DNA from: Edaphobacter sp.
GTDB lineage: Bacteria > Acidobacteriota > Terriglobia > Terriglobales > Acidobacteriaceae
Assembly: GCF_035763405.1 (NCBI RefSeq)
Contig: NZ_DASUBE010000083.1
Coordinates: 4,109-68,108 of the forward strand
Length of the DNA: 64,000 nucleotides
Direction of reading: 5' to 3'
Both the position numbers and the translations under genes were made by a program. Shown here one piece after another: positions 28,474 to 38,731 of this stretch. The notes under the pieces are model-generated. The model saw only the letters and a program-made list of their open reading frames with translations. It was not told where the DNA came from and did no database searches. Each line of letters starts with the position of its first letter. Positions within the stretch are counted from its first letter, which is position 1.

Positions 28474-29934
28474 ATGAGTGAGCAAACCCAGGCAGTCGGA
28501 AAGAACGAAACCATGAGCGCGGAGATGATTCGCAAGCTGCGCTCGGCGCCTATTCTGTCGTCGCTGAAGGACGACGAGCTGCGCTGCCTGGAGGGCGTCG
28601 AAGAAGTCCACTTGCCCAAGGGCGCAACACTGGTGCGCCAGAGCGAGATGGTCCACAACTTCTGGATCCTGGTGGAAGGCGAAGTGGAGATCTTCTGGGT
28701 CTATCCCGATGGCCGCGAGACCTCCGTCGCCTGCATGTCCAAGGGCTCCGCCTTCGGTGAGCTGCCTTTGCTGGCCAACATTCCAAGCGTCGTCAACGCA
28801 CGAACCGGCAGCGACAGCACGCTGTTGCAGTTGAGCGAAGAAGGCTTCTGGAAGCTGATGACCACCTGCCCCGGAGTACGCAAGGCGATCCTCTCGAACA
28901 TGGCTGACCGTGTGCAAAAGATGCAGAGCGTCACCGTGCAGCAGGAGAAGATGGCCTCGCTGGGCACGCTGGCCGCGGGCCTGATGCACGAGTTGAATAA
29001 CCCGGGCGCCGCTGCGCGCCGTGCCGCTTCGCAACTCCGGCAAAACCTGCTGCGGCTGCACCAGATCTCGCTCAAGTTCAAACAGTGCGATCTGACCTCA
29101 GAGCAGAAGAAGTGCATGTTTGACCTGCAGGACCACGCGCTTGCCGATCAACGTCCGCACACGATGAACTCGCTTGAACAGAGCGATGCGGAGGAGAGGC
29201 TGGCCGAGTGGCTCGAGTCGGCCAATGTGGAGAATGCCTGGAAGCTGGCCCCCACGCTGGTTTCCGTCGGCATGGACGAACATGAACTGATGTGCGCGCG
29301 CGATGAGTTCCAGGGCGACATGTTTTCCGACGCGCTGAGTTGGCTGGACGCACTGGTTTCGAGCATGCAACTGGTAGGCACTATCGAAGAAAGCATTGGC
29401 CGCGTGACCGATCTGGTCCACGCGGTCAAATCGTATGCATACGAGGGCAAAGGCAAAAAACAATCCCTCGACGTGAACGAGAGCATCCGCGCAACGCTCG
29501 TGATTCTGGCCCACAAGATGCGCGAAAAAGAGATCGTCGTCGAGAAAACCTTTGCCCAGGACCTGCCTGCGCTTGAAAGCGAAGCCTTCGGCCTGAACCA
29601 GATATGGACCAACCTGCTCGACAACGCCATCGACGCCGTATCGGCAAAGGGAAAGATCCGCGTCCGCACATGGGCTGAGACCGCGCAGTTGAACAACGGC
29701 AACTCGCGCAAGGAGATCTGCGTCATGGTGGCCGATGACGGCGGCGGCATCCCGCTCGATGTCCAACCGCAGATCTTCGACCCGTTCTATACGACCAAGC
29801 CTGTCGGCGTGGGCACAGGCATTGGGCTGGGCATCGTGCAGCGCATCGTGGACCAGTACGGCGGCAGCATCCACTTCTCCTCCGTGCCGGGCAACACGGA
29901 GTTCGTCGTGCGCATCCCCGCCGCGCGCCAGTAG
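28474..29934 (+). CDS. Cyclic-nucleotide-binding domain histidine kinase
   Basis: A cNMP-binding fold (FGELPLLANIPSVVNARTG) is followed by the H-box MASLGTLAAGLMHELNNP and the N, G1 and G2 boxes (NLLDNAIDA, DDGGGIP, GTGIGLGIV). The start MSEQTQ lies 24 nt after the upstream stop. Confidence 0.85.
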   Translation: MSEQTQAVGKNETMSAEMIRKLRSAPILSSLKDDELRCLEGVEEVHLPKGATLVRQSEMVHNFWILVEGEVEIFWVYPDGRETSVACMSKGSAFGELPLLANIPSVVNARTGSDSTLLQLSEEGFWKLMTTCPGVRKAILSNMADRVQKMQSVTVQQEKMASLGTLAAGLMHELNNPGAAARRAASQLRQNLLRLHQISLKFKQCDLTSEQKKCMFDLQDHALADQRPHTMNSLEQSDAEERLAEWLESANVENAWKLAPTLVSVGMDEHELMCARDEFQGDMFSDALSWLDALVSSMQLVGTIEESIGRVTDLVHAVKSYAYEGKGKKQSLDVNESIRATLVILAHKMREKEIVVEKTFAQDLPALESEAFGLNQIWTNLLDNAIDAVSAKGKIRVRTWAETAQLNNGNSRKEICVMVADDGGGIPLDVQPQIFDPFYTTKPVGVGTGIGLGIVQRIVDQYGGSIHFSSVPGNTEFVVRIPAARQ

Positions 29935-30035
29935 CACCTTCAGGGCATATCCTTTGCGGCAACATTTCTGTGTAATGTGCGTTTGTAGCTTCAGAACGCG
30001 CAAGCTCACCTGCGCGACTGGAGCGCGAGGACACC

Positions 30036-30371
30036 ATGAAGCTCTCTCGACTTGCCGTACCTCTCATCGCGGCGGGCATTCTGTTGACCGCAGGCTGTTC
30101 TCACCAGACGTACTATGTCTCGGCCCCTCCGCCTCCGCCGGTGAACGAAGTTCCACCCATGATCGCCCACGCGCGGCATGAGGGCTACCGCGCCGGACAG
30201 GACGATGCCGCACGCGACCTGTACAACCGCTCAGGCTACCATCCGCGCAACAACTGGAAGTACCGCGACACGCCCGGCTTCCAACCAGGCATGGGACCGT
30301 TCGCGGATTACCAGAATACATTTCGTCTCGCCTACCTGAGCGGATACGAAGCGGCCTTCCGCCAGCAGTGA
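30036..30371 (+). CDS. Hypothetical lipoprotein
   Basis: A signal peptide with lipobox LLTAGC is present in this 111 aa product. Confidence 0.6.
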   Translation: MKLSRLAVPLIAAGILLTAGCSHQTYYVSAPPPPPVNEVPPMIAHARHEGYRAGQDDAARDLYNRSGYHPRNNWKYRDTPGFQPGMGPFADYQNTFRLAYLSGYEAAFRQQ

Positions 30372-30460
30372 TTCAAAACGATGTTCGTGCTGCTCCTGGC
30401 ACTCAATCGCGCGCTGCCATCGTAAGATGAGTGCCGTAAGATGAGTGTCAGGAGCGCATC

Positions 30461-30880
30461 GTGACCCTCACCCCATTTCATATTGCCTTTCCTGTCGATG
30501 ACCTCGCAGCCGCACGCGCCTTCTACGGCGGCACGCTGGGCTGCGAAGAAGGCCGCAGCTCCGCGCAGTGGATCGACTTCAACCTCTTCGGCCACCAGAT
30601 TGTCGCGCACCTCAAGCCTGGCCCCGCTACGAAGCGACATCACAATCCCGTCGATGGCCACGATGTCCCTGTGCCGCACTTCGGAGTTGTGCTCCCGATG
30701 GATGCATGGGAGGCGCTTGCGGCCAGACTGCGCAGCGCCGGCATCGCGTTCATCATCGAGCCGTATATCCGCTTCAAGGGCGAAGTCGGCGAACAGGCCA
30801 CGATGTTCTTCCTCGACCCGGCAGGCAACGCTCTTGAATTCAAGGCGTTCGCCGACCCCGGGCAGCTCTTTGCCAAATGA
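30461..30880 (+). CDS. VOC (glyoxalase/bleomycin resistance/dioxygenase) family protein
   Basis: It uses a GTG start. [22 protein letters not shown]...HFGVVL...[12 protein letters not shown] shows the typical VOC beta-alpha-beta modules. Confidence 0.8.
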   Translation: MTLTPFHIAFPVDDLAAARAFYGGTLGCEEGRSSAQWIDFNLFGHQIVAHLKPGPATKRHHNPVDGHDVPVPHFGVVLPMDAWEALAARLRSAGIAFIIEPYIRFKGEVGEQATMFFLDPAGNALEFKAFADPGQLFAK

Positions 30881-31071
30881 CTGGACTGACCAGTTGACCA
30901 TGAAGACAAACCTTTGTCTTCGGGGTATTTGAAAAATAATTTGCTTACACCCTTACCTATATCGATTTAGTTGAGTTAGACTCTGAAGCAACCAGCAAGG
31001 CGGTGTTTCAGCGGTTCGGGCAGAACGGCGGAAAGCTGCGTTCTGAATCTGTCTGGACTGAAGGAGCACCG

Positions 31072-33318
31072 ATGCACTCTCCCGAGAAACATCGAGGATG
31101 GAAGTCTGTCACTGCGCTGATGGCGTTATCGCTCACGATGACGCTTGGGGCTGGAACTGCGCTTGCCCAGAAACATCCTGACCTCTCCGCCATGCCGTGG
31201 ATGAACGAGGCGCTCAGCCCCGATCAGCGCGCCGACATGGTCGTCCAGCAGATGACGCTCGACGAGAAGATCCAGATGGTCCACGGCGACGGATGGGGTG
31301 TGCTGCGTCCGGGTGCGCCGGTTGATCCGCGCTCGAACTTCGGCGCTGGTTTCGTGCATGGCATCGACCGGCTCGGTATTCCCGACATCAACCTCACCGA
31401 CTCCGCCGTCGGCATTCGCATGGCCGCCTATGCCGGCCGCTACGCTACGCTGCTGCCCTCCACGCTGGGCGCGGCGTCGAGCTGGGACACGGACGCCGCC
31501 TACCTCTACGGCTCCGTCATCGGCCGCGAGTTGTGGGACGAGGGCTACAACATGACCATCGGCGGCGGTGTGGACCTCATGCGCGAGCCGCGCAACGGAC
31601 GCAACTTCGAATACGCCGGCGAAGACCCCGTGCTTGCCGGAACGATGGACGGCTACGTCGAGAAAGGCGTGATCGCCCAGCACGTCATGAGCGACATCAA
31701 GCACTACGCGCTTAATGATCAGGAGACGGTGCGCAACGAGGTCAACGTCGAGATCGACAAAAAGGCGATGCGCGAGTCGGACCTGCTCGCGTTTGAGGTC
31801 GCCATCGGCATCGCTAAACCGTCGGCGGTGATGTGCTCCTACAACCTGGTCAACGGCGACTACGCCTGCGAGAACGACTACCTGCTCAACCAGGTGCTTA
31901 AGCAAGACTTCGGCTTCAAGGGCTTTGTGCTCTCCGACTGGGGCGGGACGCACACTACCGTCAAGGCCGCACTGAACGGGCTCGATCAGGAGATGCCCGG
32001 CGACGATGGCTTCTTCGCCGCTCCGCTCAAGCAGGCCGTTCAGGACGGGAAGGTGCCGATGCCGCGCCTCAACGACATGGTGCATCGCATCCTGCGCAGC
32101 ATGTTCGCCGCCGGCGTTGTGGACCATCCTCCCATCCACACCGTGGTCGATCCCTTCCAGGGACGCGACGACGCCAGGCACATCGAAGAAGAGAGCATCG
32201 TGCTGCTCAAAAATGAAGACGGCATCCTTCCGCTTAAAGCCGCGCCCTCAGAGTCGATTGCGCTCATCGGCGGACACGCCGATCTCGCCGTGCTCTCCGG
32301 CGGCGGCTCCGCGCAGGTGGACGCCCCGAACGGCGACGCCGTGCATCCGCACCCGGGCGGCTCGCGCTGGGGCGTGCCGGTCTACTTCCCTTCCTCGCCG
32401 CTCAAGTACATCCGCGAAAAATCGCCTGCAGCGACTGTCAGCTACAACGATGGCTCGAACCCGGCGGCGGCCGCTGCGTTTGCGAAGAAGGCGAACGTAG
32501 CCGTCGTCTTCGTCACGCAGTGGATGAGCGAAGGCCACGATGCGCATACGCTCTCGCTGCCCGACAATCAGGACGCGCTGGTCGATGCCGTTGTTGCTGC
32601 AAATCCAAACACCATCGTCGTGCTCGAAACCGGCGGTCCGGTCTCGATGCCGTGGGCGGGCAAGGTGAAGGGCATCGTCGAAGCGTGGTATCCAGGCATC
32701 GGCGGGGCGCAGGCGCTGGCGAACGTTTTGTTCGGCGATGTGAATCCCTCCGGCAAGCTCCCCGCAACCTTTCCGAAAGACATCGCGCAGTTGCCGCATC
32801 CGGAGATCGTTGGCATGGACCGGAGCAAAGACAAGGGCGCAGTCTATGTCGATGGCAAGGGCCGCAAGATCCAGACCTGGAACCTGAGCTACACCGAAGG
32901 CGCGAAGGTCGGCTACAAGTGGTTTGAGGCCACACACCAGCAGCCACTTTTCCCCTTCGGCTTCGGCCTGTCGTACACCACCTATGCCTACTCCGGCCTG
33001 AGCGTGGACGACGCCGCGCGCACCGTTCACTTCACCGTGAAGAATACAGGAACGCGCAAAGGTACGGAGATCGCCGAGGTCTACACGAAGCTGCCCGCAT
33101 CTGCGCACGAGAACTACAAGCGACTGGTTGCGTGGCAGCGCGTGACGCTCGCGCCGGGCGAATCGAAGGACGTGACGCTCACGCTCAACCCGCTCTACCT
33201 CTCGGTCTTCGACACCGCGAAAGACGGATGGCAGCTTCTTTCCGGCGACTATACGGTGATGGCAGGCGAATCCTCAGCCTCGACTCCGCTCACAGCAACC
33301 CTGCACGTCGCGGAATAG
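31072..33318 (+). CDS. Glycoside hydrolase family 3 beta-glucosidase-like enzyme
   Basis: AAGGAG sits 5 nt upstream of the ATG and a signal peptide is present. GFKGFVLSDWGG is the nucleophile block, and a C-terminal fibronectin-like domain follows. Confidence 0.9.
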   Translation: MHSPEKHRGWKSVTALMALSLTMTLGAGTALAQKHPDLSAMPWMNEALSPDQRADMVVQQMTLDEKIQMVHGDGWGVLRPGAPVDPRSNFGAGFVHGIDRLGIPDINLTDSAVGIRMAAYAGRYATLLPSTLGAASSWDTDAAYLYGSVIGRELWDEGYNMTIGGGVDLMREPRNGRNFEYAGEDPVLAGTMDGYVEKGVIAQHVMSDIKHYALNDQETVRNEVNVEIDKKAMRESDLLAFEVAIGIAKPSAVMCSYNLVNGDYACENDYLLNQVLKQDFGFKGFVLSDWGGTHTTVKAALNGLDQEMPGDDGFFAAPLKQAVQDGKVPMPRLNDMVHRILRSMFAAGVVDHPPIHTVVDPFQGRDDARHIEEESIVLLKNEDGILPLKAAPSESIALIGGHADLAVLSGGGSAQVDAPNGDAVHPHPGGSRWGVPVYFPSSPLKYIREKSPAATVSYNDGSNPAAAAAFAKKANVAVVFVTQWMSEGHDAHTLSLPDNQDALVDAVVAANPNTIVVLETGGPVSMPWAGKVKGIVEAWYPGIGGAQALANVLFGDVNPSGKLPATFPKDIAQLPHPEIVGMDRSKDKGAVYVDGKGRKIQTWNLSYTEGAKVGYKWFEATHQQPLFPFGFGLSYTTYAYSGLSVDDAARTVHFTVKNTGTRKGTEIAEVYTKLPASAHENYKRLVAWQRVTLAPGESKDVTLTLNPLYLSVFDTAKDGWQLLSGDYTVMAGESSASTPLTATLHVAE

Positions 33319-33324
33319 TCGCCG

Positions 33325-33360
33325 CCTCGGCTTCGTCAGCAGACCTGACTGAAGCCGAGG
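33325..33360. terminator. Bidirectional stem-loop between convergent GH3 and isomerase genes
   Basis: CCTCGGCTTC (33325-33334) pairs with GAAGCCGAGG (33351-33360). The stem-loop overlaps the last codons of the minus-strand gene. Confidence 0.5.
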
Positions 33361-34772
33361 TCCAGCAGGTCCGCAATCCTGGCCAACTGCGACGCGATGT
33401 GTCCCAGGCCGATAGCGCAATGATGCGCGGGGCCATGGGCGTTCCACTGCTCAACAAAGCCGCGCGCGCCTGGCGCAAAACGATACCGGCTGTTGGTGTT
33501 GCCAATCTCGAGAATCGGTCCGGCAACGCTCTCGCCCTCCGCAACCAACAGCTTGAATCCGCGCTCTCTGTCCTCGACGACGGAGAGCAGCGTGACCGGT
33601 CCATGCTTCACCTGCATTTCGACCGAAAGCCCCCTGCCCACTTTGCCGTGATACACCTGCAATGGCCGCACCTTGATCCTGTCTTCGGCAATGCCGATGT
33701 GGCCCGGCCCATCGTGCCCCAGCAACACCAGATCGTCGGCGAAGTCGATTGCGTAGTACTCGCTGAACGATCCGCCCGCGCCGAGCAGGTCCATCATCTT
33801 CATCGCGATGACATTCTTCACCTCATACTCGCCAGCCACGGGAATACCTCGCCCTGTCAGCATCGACGTGCCGAGAATGATCGAGCTCATGGTGTCCTCG
33901 TTCTCCGCAACGCCCGTCCCCTTGTAGTAGTAAGCAAGCAGATTCAGCTCGTTTTTCTCGACCAGCCGATCCAGCGCAACGGCGGTGCGCGCCGCGCGGG
34001 CAAGCTCCGCCTCTGTGCAATCCTTCCCTATCTCAAAGAACTCGCGGAAAGCTCCTAACTTTTTCTCAAGAGCATCGCCGCCAACTTCCCTGCGCAAGCT
34101 GCTCAATTCATCCACTTCAAGCTGCTCGATGTGCATGCCGAACCTGCCGCTCACCTGCGCCAGATCGGTAGCGATGTCGAGCATCCCGCTGTAATAGTGC
34201 CCCATCAGCCCGAGCCTGCTGTGCGACAGTGTATGCACTACCTCAGCAGCACGAAGCCACTCGTCTACTTCTCGCCAGCAGGCCGGATCGTTGCGCAGCA
34301 TCCCAGTCACCTGGTGAAAGGGCACGCCAAGTCGGCCGAGTACATTGGCAATCTCCGGCATGGGACAGGCACTGCACCATGCCAGCCATTCTCCGGTCAT
34401 CGCCGTTCTGTCGGTCATGCGATTGAACTTTTCGTAGTCAATCGCATCGCCCGGCTGCAGGTTCAGCAGCAGCGCCGGCACCTTCGCGCGCTGAATCACA
34501 GGCAGCACCGTCGCGGAGAGCGCATACGTGGTCACGTAGACCAGCAGAATGTCGATGTCGCTCTGACGGCATCGATGCCCCACCTCAACCGCCTTCTGCG
34601 CGGTATCCACGAGACCGAAGTTCAGGGTCACACGATCCGGCGAGGCGATCTTCTGCTCGACCTCAGTGAGATAGCCGAGCAATCGCCGTTCCAGCCCTTC
34701 AAACTGCTCCCAGTATGCCGAGAGCCCAAGGCCGATCAATCCAACGCGCACTTGTTGATAGCTTGAATTCAT
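33336..34772 (-). CDS. L-arabinose/L-fucose isomerase family protein
   Basis: The 478 aa product starts at MNSSYQQVRVGLIGLG. Its overall pattern (Rossmann-like N-terminus, LLNLQP, C-terminal HHCAIGLGH) resembles the AraA/FucI-like family. The specific substrate is unknown. Confidence 0.7.
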   Translation of the reverse strand: MNSSYQQVRVGLIGLGLSAYWEQFEGLERRLLGYLTEVEQKIASPDRVTLNFGLVDTAQKAVEVGHRCRQSDIDILLVYVTTYALSATVLPVIQRAKVPALLLNLQPGDAIDYEKFNRMTDRTAMTGEWLAWCSACPMPEIANVLGRLGVPFHQVTGMLRNDPACWREVDEWLRAAEVVHTLSHSRLGLMGHYYSGMLDIATDLAQVSGRFGMHIEQLEVDELSSLRREVGGDALEKKLGAFREFFEIGKDCTEAELARAARTAVALDRLVEKNELNLLAYYYKGTGVAENEDTMSSIILGTSMLTGRGIPVAGEYEVKNVIAMKMMDLLGAGGSFSEYYAIDFADDLVLLGHDGPGHIGIAEDRIKVRPLQVYHGKVGRGLSVEMQVKHGPVTLLSVVEDRERGFKLLVAEGESVAGPILEIGNTNSRYRFAPGARGFVEQWNAHGPAHHCAIGLGHIASQLARIADLLDLGFSQVC

Positions 34773-34875
34773 GCTTTCAGAGTAAGGGTGCGACGCCGAA
34801 GAGTGCGAGATAATGATTGAAATTATTTCCACCAATAAACGAGTCTGGAAAACAGCACGCTGGAAAGGCATTGGA

Positions 34876-36537
34876 ATGCGCTCATTCGTGATAGCTCTGC
34901 TTTGCGCCGCGACCCTGCAGATGGCGGCACAGACTCCTGTTTCCATCAAAGTCGATCTCTCCAAACCTGAAGGACCGTACACGCCCATCTATCGCTGGTT
35001 TGGCTATGACGAAGCGAACTACACAACGATGCCGCACGGACGGCAACTTCTCGGTGAGCTGCACGACCTGAGCCCCGTGCCCGTCTACATTCGCGCGCAC
35101 CATCTGCTGACCTCCGGCAACGGCGTGCCGGAACTGAAGTGGAGTTCCACGAACGTCTTCTCGCTCGACGCCAACGGCAAACCCGTCTACAACTTCAAAA
35201 TCCTTGACGGCATCTTTGATGCCTACAAGGCCGCCGGCGTTCGCCCGTATGTCGAGCTGGGCTTTATGCCGCGCGATCTCGCCGTCAACCCCGACCCCTA
35301 CCAAGTCCACTATCCACACGACACCATCTCCGGTGGATCGCAGAATCCGCCGAAGGACTACGCCATGTGGGGCGAACTCGTCCGCAAAGTCACCGAGCAT
35401 CTGGTCGCGCGCTATGGCCGCAACGAAGTGCTTCAGTGGTACTTCGAAGTGTGGAACGAGCCCGACATTCCTTACTGGCACTCCACTCCTGAGAACTACT
35501 ACAAGCTCTATGACTACGCCGCAGCAGGCGTGCGCAAAGCTCTGCCCGGCGCGCGCGTCGGCGGACCCGCCTCCACAGGGCCGGGATCGCCGAGGGCCGC
35601 AAAGTTCCTCGAAGGCTTTCTGAACCACGTTGAGAACGGCAGGAGCGCAGCCACTGGAGGCCCTGTGCCGCTCGACTTTATCTCATTCCACGCCAAAGGC
35701 CATCCGAAGGTGATCGGCACGTATGTCCAGATGGGCCTGAGCAACGAATTGAACGACGTCGATCAGGGATTCGCCATCATCGCAAAGCACCCGAAGCTCC
35801 AGCATCTGCCTGTCATCATCAGCGAGGCTGACCCCGAAGGCTGCGCGGCCTGCTCGGCCAAAGTGAACCCGGCGAACAACTATCGCAACGGAACGCTCTA
35901 TCCGGTCTATACCGCTGCTGCAATCAAGAATCTCTTTGCACTGAAAGACCGCCATCACACGAACCTGATCGCCATGCTCAGTTGGTCGTTCGAGTTCGAG
36001 AACAAGGACTACTTCGAGGGCTTCCGCTCGCTCGCAACCAACGGCATCGACAAGCCTGTCCTGAATGTCTTCCGCATGGCCGGGCTCATGTCCGGCGAGC
36101 GCGTCAGCACAACCAGCAGCGGCGAGATCCCGCTCGACGCGATTCTGAAATCAGGCGTGCGGCAGTCGCCGGACATCGACGCCCTGGCCACAACATCGAC
36201 GCGCAATGCCGCCGTGATGCTTTGGAACTATCACGACGATGACCTGCCCGCGCCCGGCACGCAGGTTCAGGTCGTCGTCTCAGGCATCCCAGCCAATGTG
36301 CATCGCGTCCTGTTGCAGCACTACCGCATCGACGAGCATCACAGCAACGCCTACACCGTATGGAAAGCGATGGGATCTCCGCAGCAGCCGACGCCGGAGC
36401 AGTACGCGAAGCTGAAAGCAGCCGGCCAGCTTCAACTTCTCGATTCTCCGCGATGGCTCGACGTCAAAGACGGCAACGTGATGCTTGAGACAGAACTGCC
36501 TCGGCAGGCAACATCGTTGCTACGTCTGGAGTGGTAA
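34876..36537 (+). CDS. Glycoside hydrolase family 39 (beta-xylosidase-like)
   Basis: A signal peptide is present. YFEVWNEPD is the GH39 acid/base block, and a later ISEAD segment is the nucleophile region. Confidence 0.8.
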   Translation: MRSFVIALLCAATLQMAAQTPVSIKVDLSKPEGPYTPIYRWFGYDEANYTTMPHGRQLLGELHDLSPVPVYIRAHHLLTSGNGVPELKWSSTNVFSLDANGKPVYNFKILDGIFDAYKAAGVRPYVELGFMPRDLAVNPDPYQVHYPHDTISGGSQNPPKDYAMWGELVRKVTEHLVARYGRNEVLQWYFEVWNEPDIPYWHSTPENYYKLYDYAAAGVRKALPGARVGGPASTGPGSPRAAKFLEGFLNHVENGRSAATGGPVPLDFISFHAKGHPKVIGTYVQMGLSNELNDVDQGFAIIAKHPKLQHLPVIISEADPEGCAACSAKVNPANNYRNGTLYPVYTAAAIKNLFALKDRHHTNLIAMLSWSFEFENKDYFEGFRSLATNGIDKPVLNVFRMAGLMSGERVSTTSSGEIPLDAILKSGVRQSPDIDALATTSTRNAAVMLWNYHDDDLPAPGTQVQVVVSGIPANVHRVLLQHYRIDEHHSNAYTVWKAMGSPQQPTPEQYAKLKAAGQLQLLDSPRWLDVKDGNVMLETELPRQATSLLRLEW

Positions 36538-36668
36538 GGATCGCTGCGAGCGTAAGGGACAGATTGAGATGCATCTTTCTTGGAATATTTATCGTTCCAA
36601 TAGCTTCCAAACATCAAATAATAGCGATTTCACCAATGAGAACACGTGTACATTCGTTTTATCGCATT

Positions 36669-36685
36669 CGGGAAACGGTTTCCCG
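36669..36685. promoter_or_regulatory. Perfect 17 bp palindrome, candidate LacI-type operator
   Basis: CGGGAAAC-G-GTTTCCCG lies in the AT-rich spacer between the GH39 and LacI genes. Its function is inferred only from symmetry and location. Confidence 0.3.
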
Positions 36686-36899
36686 CGCCGCTGCTAAGAC
36701 ATTCGCCTCAACACGCCGCGAAGTATCCAGTTTCACCAGATATCCAGCATTTTCGGCGTAATTTGGGCCTGGCTCCTCCTGGGGCAATCGATTCCGCATT
36801 GTGGAGCACTCTGGAAATGCGGGGCCAGGTGGATGACGATCTGAACACGTGAACAAGAATCGGTCAACTTCCGTCCTGCCTTATTATTATTCTTACCGC

Positions 36900-37931
36900 A
36901 TGAACACAACGAAAGCGCCGCAGCACCAGTTCGCCCAGAATATGAAGACCGTTGCGCGGCTGGCCGGAGTCTCACACGCAACCGTATCGCGGGTCATCAA
37001 CGGCACCGGTCTTGTACTCCCTGCTACGGCGGAGCGTGTGCGCAAGGCCATCGAGCAGCTCGGCTTCATTCCGAATCCTTCAGGCACCACACTGCGTTAC
37101 GGACGCAGCAAGGTCTTCGGCTTGATCCTGCCCGATCTCACCAACCCTTTTTATCCCGAGTTCTTGCTGAATTTTGAACGCGCGCTTGTTGCGACCGAAC
37201 ACGAGGTCATGCTGGCGACCACCCAGGTCAGCTCGCCGGAGTTGGCGCGCTCGGTCCGCAGGATGCTCATGCGCAGAGTAGACGGCGTTGTTCTAATGGC
37301 CTCCGAGTTCGACACCCGCTCCATTGAACCCCTTCTCAGTCACCGCGTGCCCATTGTTACGATCGATCGTCGCATCACCCAAAAGGGCGCAGCCGACGTC
37401 GCAATCGACTTCGAGACCGGATACTTGCAGGCCGCCATTCACCTGAAGAAACTGGGGCACAGAAGAATAGGCTTCATTGGAGGCAGTGAGGGACTGGTGA
37501 CGTCGAAGGTACGGCTCAAAGCATTTCAGACGGCGCTCGAAGATGTCGGTCTCAACTATGACGAGAAGCTGACGCGCATGGGCGACTACCGTGTTACGGG
37601 CGGAAGGTCCGCAATGCAATCTCTGCTCGCCCTTCGTAAGCGACCCACTGCAGTGATGACAGTGAACGACCTGACTGCCTTTGGCGCATTGCGAGCCTTG
37701 CACGATGCAAAGATCAGCGTTCCCGATGAGATCTCGATCGTGGGCTGCGATGGCAGTCTCCTCGGCGAGGTCTTTCCTCCGGGCCTCACCAGCATCGCCG
37801 TCTCCTTCGAGGAGATGTCACGCAAATGCCTTGGAGCGCTCCACAGCGTCAAGGCGAATATCGAGAGCAAAGGCCCATTGCTCGTGGTGCCCAGCACCCT
37901 CGTCATCCGGGGATCAACAGGTCCGGCATAG
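36900..37931 (+). CDS. LacI family transcriptional regulator
   Basis: MKTVARLAGVSHATVSRVINGTG is the HTH, followed by a periplasmic-binding-protein-like core. An alternative start lies at 36942. Confidence 0.9.
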   Translation: MNTTKAPQHQFAQNMKTVARLAGVSHATVSRVINGTGLVLPATAERVRKAIEQLGFIPNPSGTTLRYGRSKVFGLILPDLTNPFYPEFLLNFERALVATEHEVMLATTQVSSPELARSVRRMLMRRVDGVVLMASEFDTRSIEPLLSHRVPIVTIDRRITQKGAADVAIDFETGYLQAAIHLKKLGHRRIGFIGGSEGLVTSKVRLKAFQTALEDVGLNYDEKLTRMGDYRVTGGRSAMQSLLALRKRPTAVMTVNDLTAFGALRALHDAKISVPDEISIVGCDGSLLGEVFPPGLTSIAVSFEEMSRKCLGALHSVKANIESKGPLLVVPSTLVIRGSTGPA

Positions 37932-38155
37932 CCCGCACCGATTCCGTTAGTTTTCAAACTCCGCTCCCGGTTCAGGCAGCACGTCCCTTTCCCGTGCGAT
38001 CCAGACATGGGGCGTAGGCAGCAGGAAGATACTCATCACCAGGCCATGATGAGGCCGCCGAGATGCAGAAACATCCGCATTGCTGGTGACTACACGAACA
38101 ACGACACAGAAATGTCGGTGCCGTAGATACCCCAACCGCATGTCATTGATTTTTT

Positions 38156-38231
38156 TGGTGGAGCTGAGCGGGATCGAACCGCTGACCTCCTCGTTGCGAA
38201 CGAGGCGCTCTCCCAGCTGAGCTACAGCCCC
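38156..38231 (-). tRNA. tRNA-Ala (anticodon CGC)
   Basis: The reverse complement is GGGGCTGTAGCTCAGCTGGGAGAGCGCCTCGTTCGCAACGAGGAGGTCAGCGGTTCGATCCCGCTCAGCTCCACCA. It folds as a cloverleaf with the G3:U70 Ala identity pair, anticodon loop TTCGCAA, T-loop GGTTCGATCC and an encoded CCA. Confidence 0.95.
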
Positions 38232-38286
38232 CCACCGGACGCGCATGGCAGAAGACACATGCTGTCCAACGACATCTTCGAGTGTA

Positions 38287-38598
38287 TCAGCAAGCGCCGC
38301 TCGACTCAAACTGGACACGGCCCACGCGCCCCGTCACAGCCGTGCCCGCCGCCAGAGGCTTTTCCATCACGTGCCACACCTCGCCCGCCGCATCCACCAC
38401 CACTCCAAGCACCGGCACCACCAGCCGTGCGCCTCTGGGCGTCACCGCTTCCACCACACCCAAATCTCTGCCCGGTTCAACGCTGAACTCGGTTCGGTCC
38501 AGCGCCACATGCCATCGCTGCCGCCCCGAGGCTCGCGACTCTTCGCGGATGTCCGCCACCACTGCCTGAAATTCATTCACCCGACACCGCCGGTACAC
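38287..38598 (-). CDS. Hypothetical protein (possibly PilZ-like)
   Basis: Third-position GC is high in this frame. GRQRWHVAL...[14 protein letters not shown] loosely resembles the PilZ RxxxR ... D/NxSxxG layout, so the family call is weak. Confidence 0.35.
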   Translation of the reverse strand: MYRRCRVNEFQAVVADIREESRASGRQRWHVALDRTEFSVEPGRDLGVVEAVTPRGARLVVPVLGVVVDAAGEVWHVMEKPLAAGTAVTGRVGRVQFESSGAC

Positions 38599-38731
38599 AC
38601 ACGTGCTGCTTCATCTCTCAATTTTACGTGCCGCGACAGGCCTGCGAACCATCCAACTTCCCATACACACACTCTAAGTCGATAATGTCTCCGTTCATCG
38701 AACCAACCAACGCAACATCGCTGGAGCGCCA

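Noticed and set aside
37947-38318. 123 aa ORF overlapping the tRNA-Ala gene
   Set aside because: The ORF runs straight through a canonical tRNA ([24 protein letters not shown] is translated tRNA), so it is spurious.
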